Source of the DNA: an uncultured Clostridia bacterium
GTDB taxonomy: Bacteria; Bacillota; Clostridia; Christensenellales; CAG-138
Length of the DNA stretch: 37,421 nucleotides
Direction: 5' to 3'
Assembly: GCA_937913075.1 (NCBI GenBank)
Contig: CALEPU010000233.1
Location: 1-37,421 of the forward strand
Shown here piece after piece: positions 16,533 to 25,434 of the stretch. The position numbers were made by a program, and so were the translations under genes. The notes under the pieces were generated by a model. It made no database searches. It was given only the letters and a program-made list of their open reading frames with translations, and had not been told where the DNA came from. Within the stretch, counting starts at the first letter, position 1. Each line of letters opens with the position of its first letter.

Positions 16533-18703
16533 ATCCCGCAGCGTGCGAGTATGATGAATGGTGCTCCATCGGAATGGCTCTTAAAGCCGGCGGCTTTCCC
16601 CTCTCCATGTGGAAGGACTGGAGCCGCCGGGACACAGCGCGCTATCACGAGGGCGAGTTTGAGCGCAAGTGGGAGAGCTTCAAAGGCGGGTGGTCTGCCT
16701 CGGTCAATATCGGCACCATCGTACACATTGCCGAAAGCCAGGGCTGGGAACCTCCCGCCCGGGCGATCGCCGGAAACCGCTCCTTGGATTGGGACGGCGA
16801 AATCGGTGGGGATGATCTGAAGATCGTCGATACCAGATGGATCGAAGGACAAGAGCTTCACGAGCCCGATAAATGGGATCCCGTCGGCGAGCTGATCACC
16901 TATCTGCAGACGCTTTTCGACAGCTCGGAGAACGTCGGCTACGTCACCAAAGCATGGAAGACCGAGGACGGCGTATATATGCCGACTGCCGGAGCCTACG
17001 ATCGCACCGCCGGACAGCTCATCGAGGAGCTGTCACGCTGCGGAGGCGACATCGGGAAGGTTCTCGGAGACTACGTGCCGGAGGTTGGCGCGTGGATCCG
17101 CTTCAACCCGCTTGACGGCAAAGGCATTAAAAACGAGAACGTGACCGAGTTCCGGTACGCGCTCATCGAGAGCGACAGTATGGAAATCGAGCGTCAGAAT
17201 GCCATCATCAGAGAGCTGGAGCTCCCCGTGGCGTGTCTGGTGCATTCCGGAAAGAAGTCGCTCCATGCAATTGTCAAGGTCGAGGCGGGCTCCTATGAGG
17301 AGTACAAGAAAAGGGTCGAGTACCTTTACTCCGTCTGTAAGAAAAACGGTCTTGACATTGACCAGAAAAACCGGAACCCCTCGCGCCTCTCGCGTATGCC
17401 CGGCATCATGCGAAACGGCCACAAGCAGTGGCTTGTCGATACGAACATCGGGCAGCCCTCTTGGAGCGAGTGGAAGGAATGGATCGAAGGCGTCAACGAC
17501 GAGCTCCCCGACTTTGAGGATCTCGCCGACGCGCTCGAAGACCTCCCGCCGCTCGATCCGCCCCTCATTGACGGTGTTCTCCGTCAGGGGCAGAAGATGC
17601 TGCTCGTCGGACCGTCAAAAGCCGGCAAGAGCTACGCCCTCATGCAGCTCGCGATAGCGATCGCAGAGGGCGGCAGGTGGCTCGGCTGGCAGTGCACGCA
17701 AGGCAAGGTGCTCTATGTCAATTTGGAGATCGCAAAAGCGACCTGTTACAACCGCTTCGATGAGATCTACAAGGCCACGGGAAAAACGCCTCGGAGAGCG
17801 TCCGATATTAAGGTCTGGAACCTCCGAGGCTCCGCGATCCCGATGGACAAGCTCGCCCCTAAGCTTATCCGCCGCGCCATGAAGGAGCACTTCATAGCGG
17901 TCATTATCGACCCGCTCTATAAGATCATCACGGGCGACGAGAACAGTGCGGATCAGATGGCTGCTTTCTGCAACCAGTTTGATAAAGTGTGTAATGAGCT
18001 CGGCTGCGCGGTGATCTACTGCCACCATCACTCAAAGGGCGTACAGTCGAACAAACGTTCCATGGACAGAGCTTCAGGCTCCGGCGTTTTCGCCCGTGAT
18101 CCGGACGCGCTGCTCGACCTCATCGAGCTCAACGTGACGGAGGCGCTACGGGAGCAGGAGACGAACAAGGCCCTCTGTACGTATTGGGACAGGACGCTCG
18201 AAGACGCCGGCTTTCCGGACGCAGCTTCCCAGGATCAGCTCTGTTCCTCGGTCACGATGGAGGGAATAGCCAAGAGCAAGCTCTCAAACTTCGATTTTCA
18301 GACCGCACTCGTCAACGCCAACAATATCAAGGAGACCGTTTCCCGCTATACTGCATGGCGCATCGAGGGCACCCTCCGCGAGTTCCCGAAGTTCAAGCCG
18401 CTGTATCTCTGGTTTCGCTATCCGATCCATCAGGTGGACAATATCGGCAGCCTTGCAGATCTGCGGGAGGATGATACGACGCTGAGCGCAAAGGGACGTC
18501 GATCGAAGAAGGCAAAGGAGCCGACCGAAAGAGAGAAAATAGAAAATGCTCTTAGCGCACTCTCTGTAAATGGTGAACCAGTTTCTTTTAAGGCTTTACT
18601 CGACTATAAGCAGGTAAAAGATAACACATTGCGGCAGGCATTAGGCCGATGTGGTTACTGCGTTAACAATGGCATTGTTATGAAAAAAGAGAAGGAACAA
18701 TAG
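16487..18703 (+). CDS. Primase-helicase (PriCT-2 + AEP prim-pol + AAA_25/RepA-like ATPase)
   Basis: AAAGGAG RBS. N-terminal CEYDEWCSIGMALK...WSRRD (PriCT-2-like). LIESD, SGKKSLHAIV and NPSRLSRMPG are AEP-like. Walker A GPSKAGKSY, Walker B AVIIDPLYK. Confidence 0.85.
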   Translation: MADTYYDIPTVLSAIDPAACEYDEWCSIGMALKAGGFPLSMWKDWSRRDTARYHEGEFERKWESFKGGWSASVNIGTIVHIAESQGWEPPARAIAGNRSLDWDGEIGGDDLKIVDTRWIEGQELHEPDKWDPVGELITYLQTLFDSSENVGYVTKAWKTEDGVYMPTAGAYDRTAGQLIEELSRCGGDIGKVLGDYVPEVGAWIRFNPLDGKGIKNENVTEFRYALIESDSMEIERQNAIIRELELPVACLVHSGKKSLHAIVKVEAGSYEEYKKRVEYLYSVCKKNGLDIDQKNRNPSRLSRMPGIMRNGHKQWLVDTNIGQPSWSEWKEWIEGVNDELPDFEDLADALEDLPPLDPPLIDGVLRQGQKMLLVGPSKAGKSYALMQLAIAIAEGGRWLGWQCTQGKVLYVNLEIAKATCYNRFDEIYKATGKTPRRASDIKVWNLRGSAIPMDKLAPKLIRRAMKEHFIAVIIDPLYKIITGDENSADQMAAFCNQFDKVCNELGCAVIYCHHHSKGVQSNKRSMDRASGSGVFARDPDALLDLIELNVTEALREQETNKALCTYWDRTLEDAGFPDAASQDQLCSSVTMEGIAKSKLSNFDFQTALVNANNIKETVSRYTAWRIEGTLREFPKFKPLYLWFRYPIHQVDNIGSLADLREDDTTLSAKGRRSKKAKEPTEREKIENALSALSVNGEPVSFKALLDYKQVKDNTLRQALGRCGYCVNNGIVMKKEKEQ

Positions 18704-18707
18704 AGTT

Positions 18708-18806
18708 TGTGACATTGTGACATGACATCCTATACTTACGTATAGGTGACAAGTCACGTCCAAAGGGGTACAAATAGGGGAAGGGCTTAAATGCCCGCCC
18801 TTCCCC
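18708..18806. repeat. Structured intergenic block: tandem TGTGACAT x2, two hairpins and a GTGAC-AA-GTCAC palindrome
   Basis: TGTGACAT at 18708-18715 and 18716-18723, then GACAT. Hairpin CCTATAC-ttac-GTATAGG (18729-18746). Palindrome at 18746-18757. A 10-bp GC stem GGGGAAGGGC (18777-18786) / GCCCTTCCCC (18797-18806). Confidence 0.6.
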
Positions 18807-18853
18807 ATATGTCCCCCTGACTTTGGACAATGCAATTTTGAAAGGAGCTCAAA

Positions 18854-19087
18854 ATGAGAAAAAATAGAAACATCAGAAAGCTGAAAAATCAGGCTTACGT
18901 CTGGCCGCGCTCTCTGGCGCGCAGCGTAGCAAAGGCGAAGATGAGGCGTGCCGGAGTCGAGAAGCCCAATCGCAAGATGGCCTATGGCAACTGGCGCGAA
19001 TGGGTACTCTGGGAGGAGCCCAAAACGGGGTATCCTCGCAAGGCAGGCAGAAAGGCGAAGGCGTTGTATGGGCGTAAAGCTGGATGA
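18854..19087 (+). CDS. Hypothetical, very basic 77-aa protein
   Basis: GAAAGGAG RBS. Lys/Arg-rich with no recognisable motif. Confidence 0.45.
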   Translation: MRKNRNIRKLKNQAYVWPRSLARSVAKAKMRRAGVEKPNRKMAYGNWREWVLWEEPKTGYPRKAGRKAKALYGRKAG

Positions 19088-19727
19088 TGAAAAGCTCATT
19101 CTTGCGTTGAAATGTTGTAGCGAGGCACAAGAGCACCAGGATTATGACTGTTCTGCATGCCCGATCAGGGAAATGCTCGAAGGTGCACAGCCGCCTGTAA
19201 CCTGTTGTGACAGTATCACAATGCTGCTCGCAGCTCAAAGGCTTGAAGCTCTTACTTCCACCGCTGCCGATATGCTAATACTCTCACGGCTTCAGCAAAC
19301 AAGCCTTATCCGCTTCGTGGAGCCTATGAGGATCCCGACTGTCACGCAGCAGGAACATGAGCTGGCGGTGAACAGGCGTACCGGCAAGCCCTATGTACAC
19401 GACAGCACGGAGCTGAAGCAGGCGAGAATAAGCTTCCGGGCGCATCTCTCGACGCATAGACCGCCGGAGCCCTTCACCGGGGCGCTGTCTCTCTCCGTGA
19501 CATGGATTTTTCGGGATAATGGAGCGAACCACAAGGAGCGCGAATACAAGACCTCCCGACCGGATACGGACAACATGATCAAGATGCTGAAGGATGAGAT
19601 GGCGTACTGCGGATTCTTCCGGAATGACGCGCACGTCGCCGTCGAGGTCAACCGGAAGCTCTGGTCGAGGGATTTTGAGGGGATCATCGTTGAAGTGGCA
19701 GCTCTGCCGGAGGTGGCGGTCTTATGA
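19068..19727 (+). CDS. rusA: RusA-family Holliday-junction resolvase with an N-terminal Cys-rich extension
   Basis: The C-terminal ~130 aa carry the RusA-like SRPDTDNMIKMLKDEMAYCGFFRNDAHV. The N-terminal ~85 aa carry LKCC...CSACP...CC. The internal ATG at 19326 could give a stand-alone RusA. Confidence 0.7.
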   Translation: MGVKLDDEKLILALKCCSEAQEHQDYDCSACPIREMLEGAQPPVTCCDSITMLLAAQRLEALTSTAADMLILSRLQQTSLIRFVEPMRIPTVTQQEHELAVNRRTGKPYVHDSTELKQARISFRAHLSTHRPPEPFTGALSLSVTWIFRDNGANHKEREYKTSRPDTDNMIKMLKDEMAYCGFFRNDAHVAVEVNRKLWSRDFEGIIVEVAALPEVAVL

Positions 19728-19957
19728 TCTTCTCCGGCAAGGACTACAGGGAGGCTTTCGCGGAGGTCTATCAGTTCGGCGTTGAAAACGCGAAGCCGCT
19801 CGATACGGCAGCCATGAACGATATGTTCGGAGCCTTGAACGAGCTGACGGCAGCAAGCCGTGAAGACCCGGAAAACGGAAAGCTCTTCCTCAAGCTCTGG
19901 CTCATGAAGGGATTAGTCGGCTATCTATGCAATTGTTTCAAGGAGAAAGGAGGCTGA
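19724..19957 (+). CDS. Hypothetical protein (77 aa)
   Basis: ATGA overlap with rusA. Coding-like composition. Confidence 0.5.
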   Translation: MIFSGKDYREAFAEVYQFGVENAKPLDTAAMNDMFGALNELTAASREDPENGKLFLKLWLMKGLVGYLCNCFKEKGG

Positions 19958-19960
19958 TCA

Positions 19961-20419
19961 ATGGAGATCACTAAGATGACGCCTGTGAAGGAGTTCCTGA
20001 AATCCGCCCGGAAGTACGACTTCGCAGCGGAGAATGCCTATCAGCTCTATGCGGAGCTCCGAAGCGACGTGTTAAGGATCACTCCGCATTATGACGGCGT
20101 GAGCGTGAAGACCGGCGCCAACGGCGCAGATCTCGCTAATGGCATGGCGCGTCTGGAAGAGGCAAGCAGCAAGGTGACGATCTGCTACGACCGCTACGCC
20201 GACCGCAAGGGGCAGATCGCGGAGCTGATCGCACAGATGGGCGATCATCCGGATGAGATGGAATGCCTGCGGCTCCGGTATCTGTGTTACCGGGAGAATA
20301 AGAATTGGCGGCTTCTCAGCTGGGACGTAATAGCGGAGCGGATGCACGTCTCCCGCAGACAGGCGACGAACATTCACGGAAAGGCTCTGAAGATCTTCGG
20401 AGAGCTGCTCCGTCAGTAA
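19961..20419 (+). CDS. Sigma-70 region-4-like HTH protein; probable late-gene activator (ArpU/RinA/DUF1492-type)
   Basis: AAAGGAGG RBS. C-terminal LRLRYL...SWDVIAERMHVSRRQATNIHGKALKIF. It is the last gene before the packaging region. Confidence 0.6.
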   Translation: MEITKMTPVKEFLKSARKYDFAAENAYQLYAELRSDVLRITPHYDGVSVKTGANGADLANGMARLEEASSKVTICYDRYADRKGQIAELIAQMGDHPDEMECLRLRYLCYRENKNWRLLSWDVIAERMHVSRRQATNIHGKALKIFGELLRQ

Positions 20420-20423
20420 AACA

Positions 20424-20456
20424 AAAGAGCTCGGTCCTTCAGCCGGGCTCTTTGTA
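20424..20456 (+). terminator. Hairpin after the early/middle operon
   Basis: 11-bp stem AAAGAGCTCGG / CCGGGCTCTTT with an 8-nt loop and a short T tract. Confidence 0.5.
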
Positions 20457-20702
20457 GATTTGATGAAACAATGAGTTGACGATATTGAGGCCTTTACCTG
20501 TGCACAGATTCCGCCTGCTTCTTTTTTGGAGAGGTTTTTATCCTCCGACTTTAGTTTATCAAATTACGCCGTGCATAAAAAGGCAGACCTTTCAGAGGCA
20601 TATGGTCAGAGAGCGAAGCCCTTGTAAGCGGCGTTTGTGTACACAAAGGCGATGCTTGCGGGGACAATTTAACAACAAATATAAATATATTTGTTAAAAC
20701 TA

Positions 20703-20731
20703 TTGACACATATTTTTATATGTGCTATAAT
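20703..20731 (+). promoter_or_regulatory. hicAB promoter with an embedded palindromic operator
   Basis: TTGACA (20703-20708), 17 nt, TGc-TATAAT (20723-20731). Palindrome CACATAT-TTTT-ATATGTG (20707-20724) fills the spacer. Confidence 0.6.
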
Positions 20732-20753
20732 ATCATTGTCAGGAGGGCAGGAT

Positions 20754-20951
20754 ATGAAAAGTTACTCATCGAAGGAAGTAATCAAAGCCCTGATCGCGGA
20801 TGGATGGTACGAGGTTGAGGTTCACGGAAGTCATCACCAGTTCAAACACCCCACCAAGAAAGGGCGAACGACGATCAAGCATCCGGATAAGGACATTCCG
20901 AGAAAAACGCTTGATTCGATCGAAAGACAGTCGGGGCTGCGGTTCAGGTAA
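20754..20951 (+). CDS. hicA: HicA-family mRNA interferase toxin
   Basis: 65 aa: SSKEVIKALIADGWYEVEVHGSHHQFKHPTKKGRTTIKHP.KDIPRKTLDSI. GGAGGG RBS. Confidence 0.9.
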   Translation: MKSYSSKEVIKALIADGWYEVEVHGSHHQFKHPTKKGRTTIKHPDKDIPRKTLDSIERQSGLRFR

Positions 20952-20989
20952 CAGCCCCGAACCACTATCACAAAGAAAGGATGTATCGT

Positions 20990-21391
20990 ATGAAAAAGGT
21001 TGACCGTTATTATTATCCCGCTGTATTCGGCTACGAAGAAGGCGAAGAGATCTCCGTTGTATTTCCCGATCTTGACGTTGCGACCAGCGGGGAGAGCGAC
21101 GACGATGCGCTCTCCTCGGCCCGTGAGCTTCTCGGCTGTGTCCTTGCCGGCATGGAAGAAGACGGCGAGGAGATCCCCGCGCCTACTCCTCTGCAGGATG
21201 TGGCTGTTGGTGCAAACGAGCGTACCGTACTGATCGACGTTTATATGCCCGCTGTCAGGCAGGCGCATAATAACAAGTCTGTCAATCGCACCGTGACGCT
21301 TCCGGCATGGCTTAACGCCGCAGCGCTTGAAAGAGGACTTAACTTCTCTCAGGTGCTTCAGGACGCGCTCAAGACGTATGTAGCCGAATAA
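20990..21391 (+). CDS. hicB: HicB-family antitoxin (RNase-H-like fold N-domain + RHH C-terminus)
   Basis: YYYPAVFGYEEGEEISVVFPDL...TSGESDDDALSSARELL, with a C-terminal VNRTVTLPAWLNAAALERGLNFSQVLQDALK. The ATG at 20981 is an alternative start. Confidence 0.88.
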   Translation: MKKVDRYYYPAVFGYEEGEEISVVFPDLDVATSGESDDDALSSARELLGCVLAGMEEDGEEIPAPTPLQDVAVGANERTVLIDVYMPAVRQAHNNKSVNRTVTLPAWLNAAALERGLNFSQVLQDALKTYVAE

Positions 21392-21406
21392 CTCTCCTGC
21401 CGCTTC

Positions 21407-21436
21407 GGCTCCGCAATCTGCGGGGCCTTTTTCTTT
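21407..21436 (+). terminator. Intrinsic terminator after hicB
   Basis: GGCTCCGCA-atc-TGCGGGGCC (9-bp stem) followed by TTTTTCTTT. Confidence 0.75.
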
Positions 21437-21480
21437 GCCTTTTAATGCCCTGTTTTCTATGTTACAATTTAAGTGTGGAG

Positions 21481-21819
21481 ATGGACGCCGGGAAACCTGC
21501 GTCCTTTTTGATACCTATGAAAGACTTCGCAAAAAGCTTTTATCTCAGTACGGCATGGCGGAAGACGAGGGATTATATCTTCGCCCGTGATATGGGGCTT
21601 TGTGTGCGCTGCGGCAAGCCCGGAGCGATAGTGCATCACAAGGTACACCTCACAGCCCGGAACATCAACGATCCGGATATAACGCTGTCAGAGGATAACC
21701 TCGAAACGCTTTGCAGGGAATGTCACGCAATAGAGCACCAGGGCGAGCTGCCATGCGCTGAGGGACTTATGTTTGACGACGAGGGGAACCTTGTGGAAAG
21801 GAACGCGTATGAATCCTAA
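21481..21819 (+). CDS. HNH endonuclease (packaging-associated)
   Basis: FYLSTAWRKTRDYIFARDMGLCVRCG...VHHKVHL...NLETLCRECHAIEH. The start is uncertain (ATG 21445, 21481 or 21517). Confidence 0.85.
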   Translation: MDAGKPASFLIPMKDFAKSFYLSTAWRKTRDYIFARDMGLCVRCGKPGAIVHHKVHLTARNINDPDITLSEDNLETLCRECHAIEHQGELPCAEGLMFDDEGNLVERNAYES

Positions 21820-22033
21820 GAGCTGCACCATCGTGATCTACACACAGAACGGAGCGCTTCAGTTTGAGGTGCTCATGACGATCAACGACTTTGAGGACAG
21901 GCTTGCTTCTGCGATCGAGCAGGGAACCGTCGTGCTGGATCTGGCCGACGGCGGACGTCTCGTTCTGTCGCCGATCAACGTGGTCGCGGTTGAGATCTGC
22001 AGGCACGACGCTGCGACGGATGGAGAGCAATAA
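21809..22033 (+). CDS. Hypothetical protein (74 aa)
   Basis: GGAAAGGA RBS before ATG 21809. No motif recognised. Confidence 0.45.
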   Translation: MNPKSCTIVIYTQNGALQFEVLMTINDFEDRLASAIEQGTVVLDLADGGRLVLSPINVVAVEICRHDAATDGEQ

Positions 22034-22152
22034 AAATCCCCCCCATCTCGAAAATATTGAAGCGTTTTTAATGAACCGCGCCCCAAGTCACGTTTAGAAC
22101 CGCTCGGGGGCTATATAACCCCCCTACCCATCCCGAAAGAAAGGAGTTTAAG

Positions 22153-22518
22153 GTGGAGCAGACAAAAGAACAGCGAACGAAGAAAGAGCAGCGCAGAATA
22201 GCGAAGCTCTACAAGGATCTGCCGCGAGAAAGACTTGAGGTCACGAAGAAACTCATCGACCGCGCCGCCTATATGCTCGTCTCCCTGGAGGATATGGAGG
22301 AGCAGATCAACGAGGACGGGCTGATCATAGAAATGCCGCAGGGAGATTATTCGATCTGCCGCGCTCATCCGCTTCTGCAATCGTACAACGCAATGATCAA
22401 GAACTTCAACGCAACCATTAAGCAGCTGGGAGAAGCTCTCCCTCCTGTCGCGGCTGAGGCGGCCGGTCAGGCGCTCATGAAGTTCGTCGCTAAGCCTGCC
22501 AAGCCGGCAGCTAAATGA
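22153..22518 (+). CDS. terS: Terminase small subunit, P27 family
   Basis: GTG start after AAAGGAG. ...LIDRAAYMLVSLEDMEEQINEDGLIIE...HPLLQSYNAMIKNFNATIKQLG is typical of P27-family TerS. It overlaps terL (ATGA). Confidence 0.8.
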   Translation: MEQTKEQRTKKEQRRIAKLYKDLPRERLEVTKKLIDRAAYMLVSLEDMEEQINEDGLIIEMPQGDYSICRAHPLLQSYNAMIKNFNATIKQLGEALPPVAAEAAGQALMKFVAKPAKPAAK

Positions 22519-24161
22519 ATTACGTCCGCGAATACTACGAGGCTATCCGCTCCGGAGAGATCAACGCTTGCCGCAGGGTCAAATCGGTTTACGGCCGCCT
22601 TGTAGAACAGATGGACGATCCGGACAGTCCATACTGCTTTGACGAGGAGACCGGCGAGCGCCCCATAGAGTTTGTTGAGACCTTCTGCAAACAAAGCCAG
22701 GGCACCATCGGCGCCCCGATCAGGTTGGAGCTTTTTCAGAAAGCTTTCATCCAGGCGCTCTTCGGCTTCCTTGAGAAGGAGACCGGTTTCAGACGCTTCC
22801 GCGAGACGCTCTTTCTTGTGGGACGAAAGAACGGTAAGAGTACGCTGCTTGCCGGCATAGCGCTTTATATGCTGATCGCCGATTACGAAGGCGCAGCCGA
22901 AATCTACTCCGTGGCGACGAAGAAGGACCAGGCGAAGAAGGTATTGACTGAAGCGTCTAACATGGTCAAGCAGTCGCCGGAGCTGCGCGCCGTCCTGAAG
23001 AAGCGCCGGAGTGATATTTACTTTCCGGCGACGTCGAGCTTCTTTGAAGCCCTTGCGTCAGACAGCAACACGCTTGACGGTCTGAACTCTCATTGCGTCA
23101 TCATTGATGAGCTCCATGCTATCCGCGACAGGAACCTCTATGAGGTCATGAAGCAATCGACCTCCTCCAGACGTCAGCCGCTCGTCGTGATGATCACGAC
23201 AGCCGGCACGGTGCGCGACAATATCTTCGATGAGATGTATGAGCTTGCCGGAGATATAGCTGACGGGAAGAAGACGGATGAGACCTTTCTCCCGATTATG
23301 TACGAGCTCGACGCACGAGATGAGTGGATCGCCCCCGCCTGCTGGATCAAAGCGAACCCGGGTCTCGGCACCATCAAGCAGTACCGCACGCTCGCCGACT
23401 TTGTGGCACGTGCGAAGCAGAGCCCGGCCGACGTGCCCGGCATCCTGTGCAAGGACTTCAACTGGAGGGAGAACGAGAATAAGGTCTGGCTCTCCTTCGA
23501 TCAGATCAAGAACCCGGCGACGTATGAGCTTGCCGAACTATATAACACCTATGCTATCGGCGGATGCGACCTTTCCGCAACGACAGACCTGACGGCGGCG
23601 ACGCTGCTGATCAGGCGGCCGCAGGATTCCACCGTCTATATAACGCAGCATTATTTCCTTCCCCAAGCCAAGCTCGACAAGCTTGATGAGAAGGGCACCA
23701 ATGAAGCCCCGTACCGTCTCTGGGCGGAACGAGGGCTTTTGACTATATGCGAGGGCAGCCGCGTGAACTTCTCAATGGTCACGGAATGGTTTTGCCAGAT
23801 GCGTGATGAATACAAGATCGATCCTTACAAGATCGGCTACGACCGAGCCCTTGCGGGGTATTGGGTCGAGGAAATGAAGGCGAACGGCTTTGAGATGGAG
23901 CCTGTTGCCCAGGGACCGTTCACATGGTCTCAGCCCATGCGCGAGATGGGCGCCGCTCTGACGGATAAGATCGTCAACTACAACGATAATCCCGTCTTGA
24001 AGTGGTGCCTCTCCAACACCGGGGTGAAGAAGACAGGACTAAATAACATCCAGCCCGTGAAAATCACCGAGAAGCGCCGCATAGACGGCGCCGTATCGCT
24101 TCTTAATGCGTGGGTCATATACGTGAGAGACTACGACGATTATATGTATTTCGTGGGGTGA
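22515..24161 (+). CDS. terL: Terminase large subunit (Terminase_1 type)
   Basis: Walker A GRKNGKST, Walker B VIIDELH, TTAG coupling motif, and a C-terminal nuclease domain (GGCDLS...D). Confidence 0.95.
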   Translation: MNYVREYYEAIRSGEINACRRVKSVYGRLVEQMDDPDSPYCFDEETGERPIEFVETFCKQSQGTIGAPIRLELFQKAFIQALFGFLEKETGFRRFRETLFLVGRKNGKSTLLAGIALYMLIADYEGAAEIYSVATKKDQAKKVLTEASNMVKQSPELRAVLKKRRSDIYFPATSSFFEALASDSNTLDGLNSHCVIIDELHAIRDRNLYEVMKQSTSSRRQPLVVMITTAGTVRDNIFDEMYELAGDIADGKKTDETFLPIMYELDARDEWIAPACWIKANPGLGTIKQYRTLADFVARAKQSPADVPGILCKDFNWRENENKVWLSFDQIKNPATYELAELYNTYAIGGCDLSATTDLTAATLLIRRPQDSTVYITQHYFLPQAKLDKLDEKGTNEAPYRLWAERGLLTICEGSRVNFSMVTEWFCQMRDEYKIDPYKIGYDRALAGYWVEEMKANGFEMEPVAQGPFTWSQPMREMGAALTDKIVNYNDNPVLKWCLSNTGVKKTGLNNIQPVKITEKRRIDGAVSLLNAWVIYVRDYDDYMYFVG

Positions 24162-24165
24162 ACCA

Positions 24166-25434
24166 GTGAAAAAAGAAAGACGCGGGCTCTTTGAATCCAT
24201 ATTCGGCCGAAAAGAGCCTCAGAACCTTACAGGCTACACAGCCTACCAGCTGCTCAACTCATACCAGAGCAGCTTTACGCCTTATTCGGGGGACGCATGG
24301 GACGTCAGCACGGTGCGCGCTGCCATTGACGCATTCGCCCGGAGAGCTGCAACGGTGCAGCCTCGGCATATCAGGCGCGGCGACGGTAAGCTCGTGGACG
24401 TCACGAGTGAGCTCAATAATATTTTACAGTTTCAGCCGAACCCGACCAAGACGGCGTATCAGTTCTATTATCGCCTTGCAGCGCAGTTCAAGCTCTATAA
24501 CAACGCCTTCGTGTATCCGGTATGGAGCCCGACTGGGAAGCTGATCGCGCTTTACAACGTCAACGCTTCGACGATAGATCTACTGGAGTACAAGGGCGAG
24601 CTTTACTGCCGCTTTAAGTTCCACAACGGGAAGAGCTACACCTTCCCCTATACGGACTTCATTCATATCGGCTCCATGTTTGCCGATCATGATGTTTTCG
24701 GCTCCGACAACTCGGCGCTTGGACCCGTGCTTGCGACCGCGAACACGTTCAACCAGAGCATGAGCAAGTTTGCGGAGCTCGTTGCTATTATTCGCGGCGT
24801 TCTGGAAGTCAACGGCTCCGCGAAGGGCGAAGATCTTACCGCTCGCCGAAACGACTTTATCCGTGACAATCTCCAGATGGAGAATAACGGCGCCGGTATC
24901 ATCGTCACCGATAACAAATACCGCTACACGCCGATCACCGATAAGCAGACGCCTATCCCTGAGGGGCAGCTCAAGTACATAAAGGGCGAGATCTACGACT
25001 ACTTCGGCACCAATGAGGCTATCGTTCAGAACAAGGCAACGCCCGATCAGGAGGATGAGTTTTACGAAGGAGCCATTAAGCCCTTTCTGGCACAGCTGCA
25101 GCAGGCTTTCACGAATTGCCTCTTCAGCGCGAAGGAGCGCGGCTACGGCAACGAGATCGTCGCCGAGGGAAACAAGCTGCAGTTTGCGAAGCTCGGGGAC
25201 AAGCTCAACGCCATCAAGTATCTTTCGGAGATCGGCGCGCTGCAGCTCGATCAGGCTCTTGTTACGCTCGGCTTCCCGCCCATCGGCGGCGAGGAAGGTA
25301 AGCGCAGAGTGCAGACGCTTAACGTGGTCAACGCCGCAAAGGCCGACGAGTATCAGCTCGACAATCCTCAGGCGAAGACTGAACCGGATCCAGACGAAGA
25401 CAAAAAGAAGGAGGACGCAGAAGAGAATGTATAA
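24166..25434 (+). CDS. Portal protein, HK97 family
   Basis: Size, position after terL, and HK97-portal-like sequence with an acidic C-terminus. GTG start. Confidence 0.9.
   Translation: MKKERRGLFESIFGRKEPQNLTGYTAYQLLNSYQSSFTPYSGDAWDVSTVRAAIDAFARRAATVQPRHIRRGDGKLVDVTSELNNILQFQPNPTKTAYQFYYRLAAQFKLYNNAFVYPVWSPTGKLIALYNVNASTIDLLEYKGELYCRFKFHNGKSYTFPYTDFIHIGSMFADHDVFGSDNSALGPVLATANTFNQSMSKFAELVAIIRGVLEVNGSAKGEDLTARRNDFIRDNLQMENNGAGIIVTDNKYRYTPITDKQTPIPEGQLKYIKGEIYDYFGTNEAIVQNKATPDQEDEFYEGAIKPFLAQLQQAFTNCLFSAKERGYGNEIVAEGNKLQFAKLGDKLNAIKYLSEIGALQLDQALVTLGFPPIGGEEGKRRVQTLNVVNAAKADEYQLDNPQAKTEPDPDEDKKKEDAEENV

Noticed and set aside
20476-20697. A 73-aa TTG-initiated ORF in the long intergenic region.
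   Set aside because: It has no RBS, and its Arg/Cys/Phe-rich product looks like junk. It overlaps palindromes and the hicAB promoter, so I treat it as non-coding.
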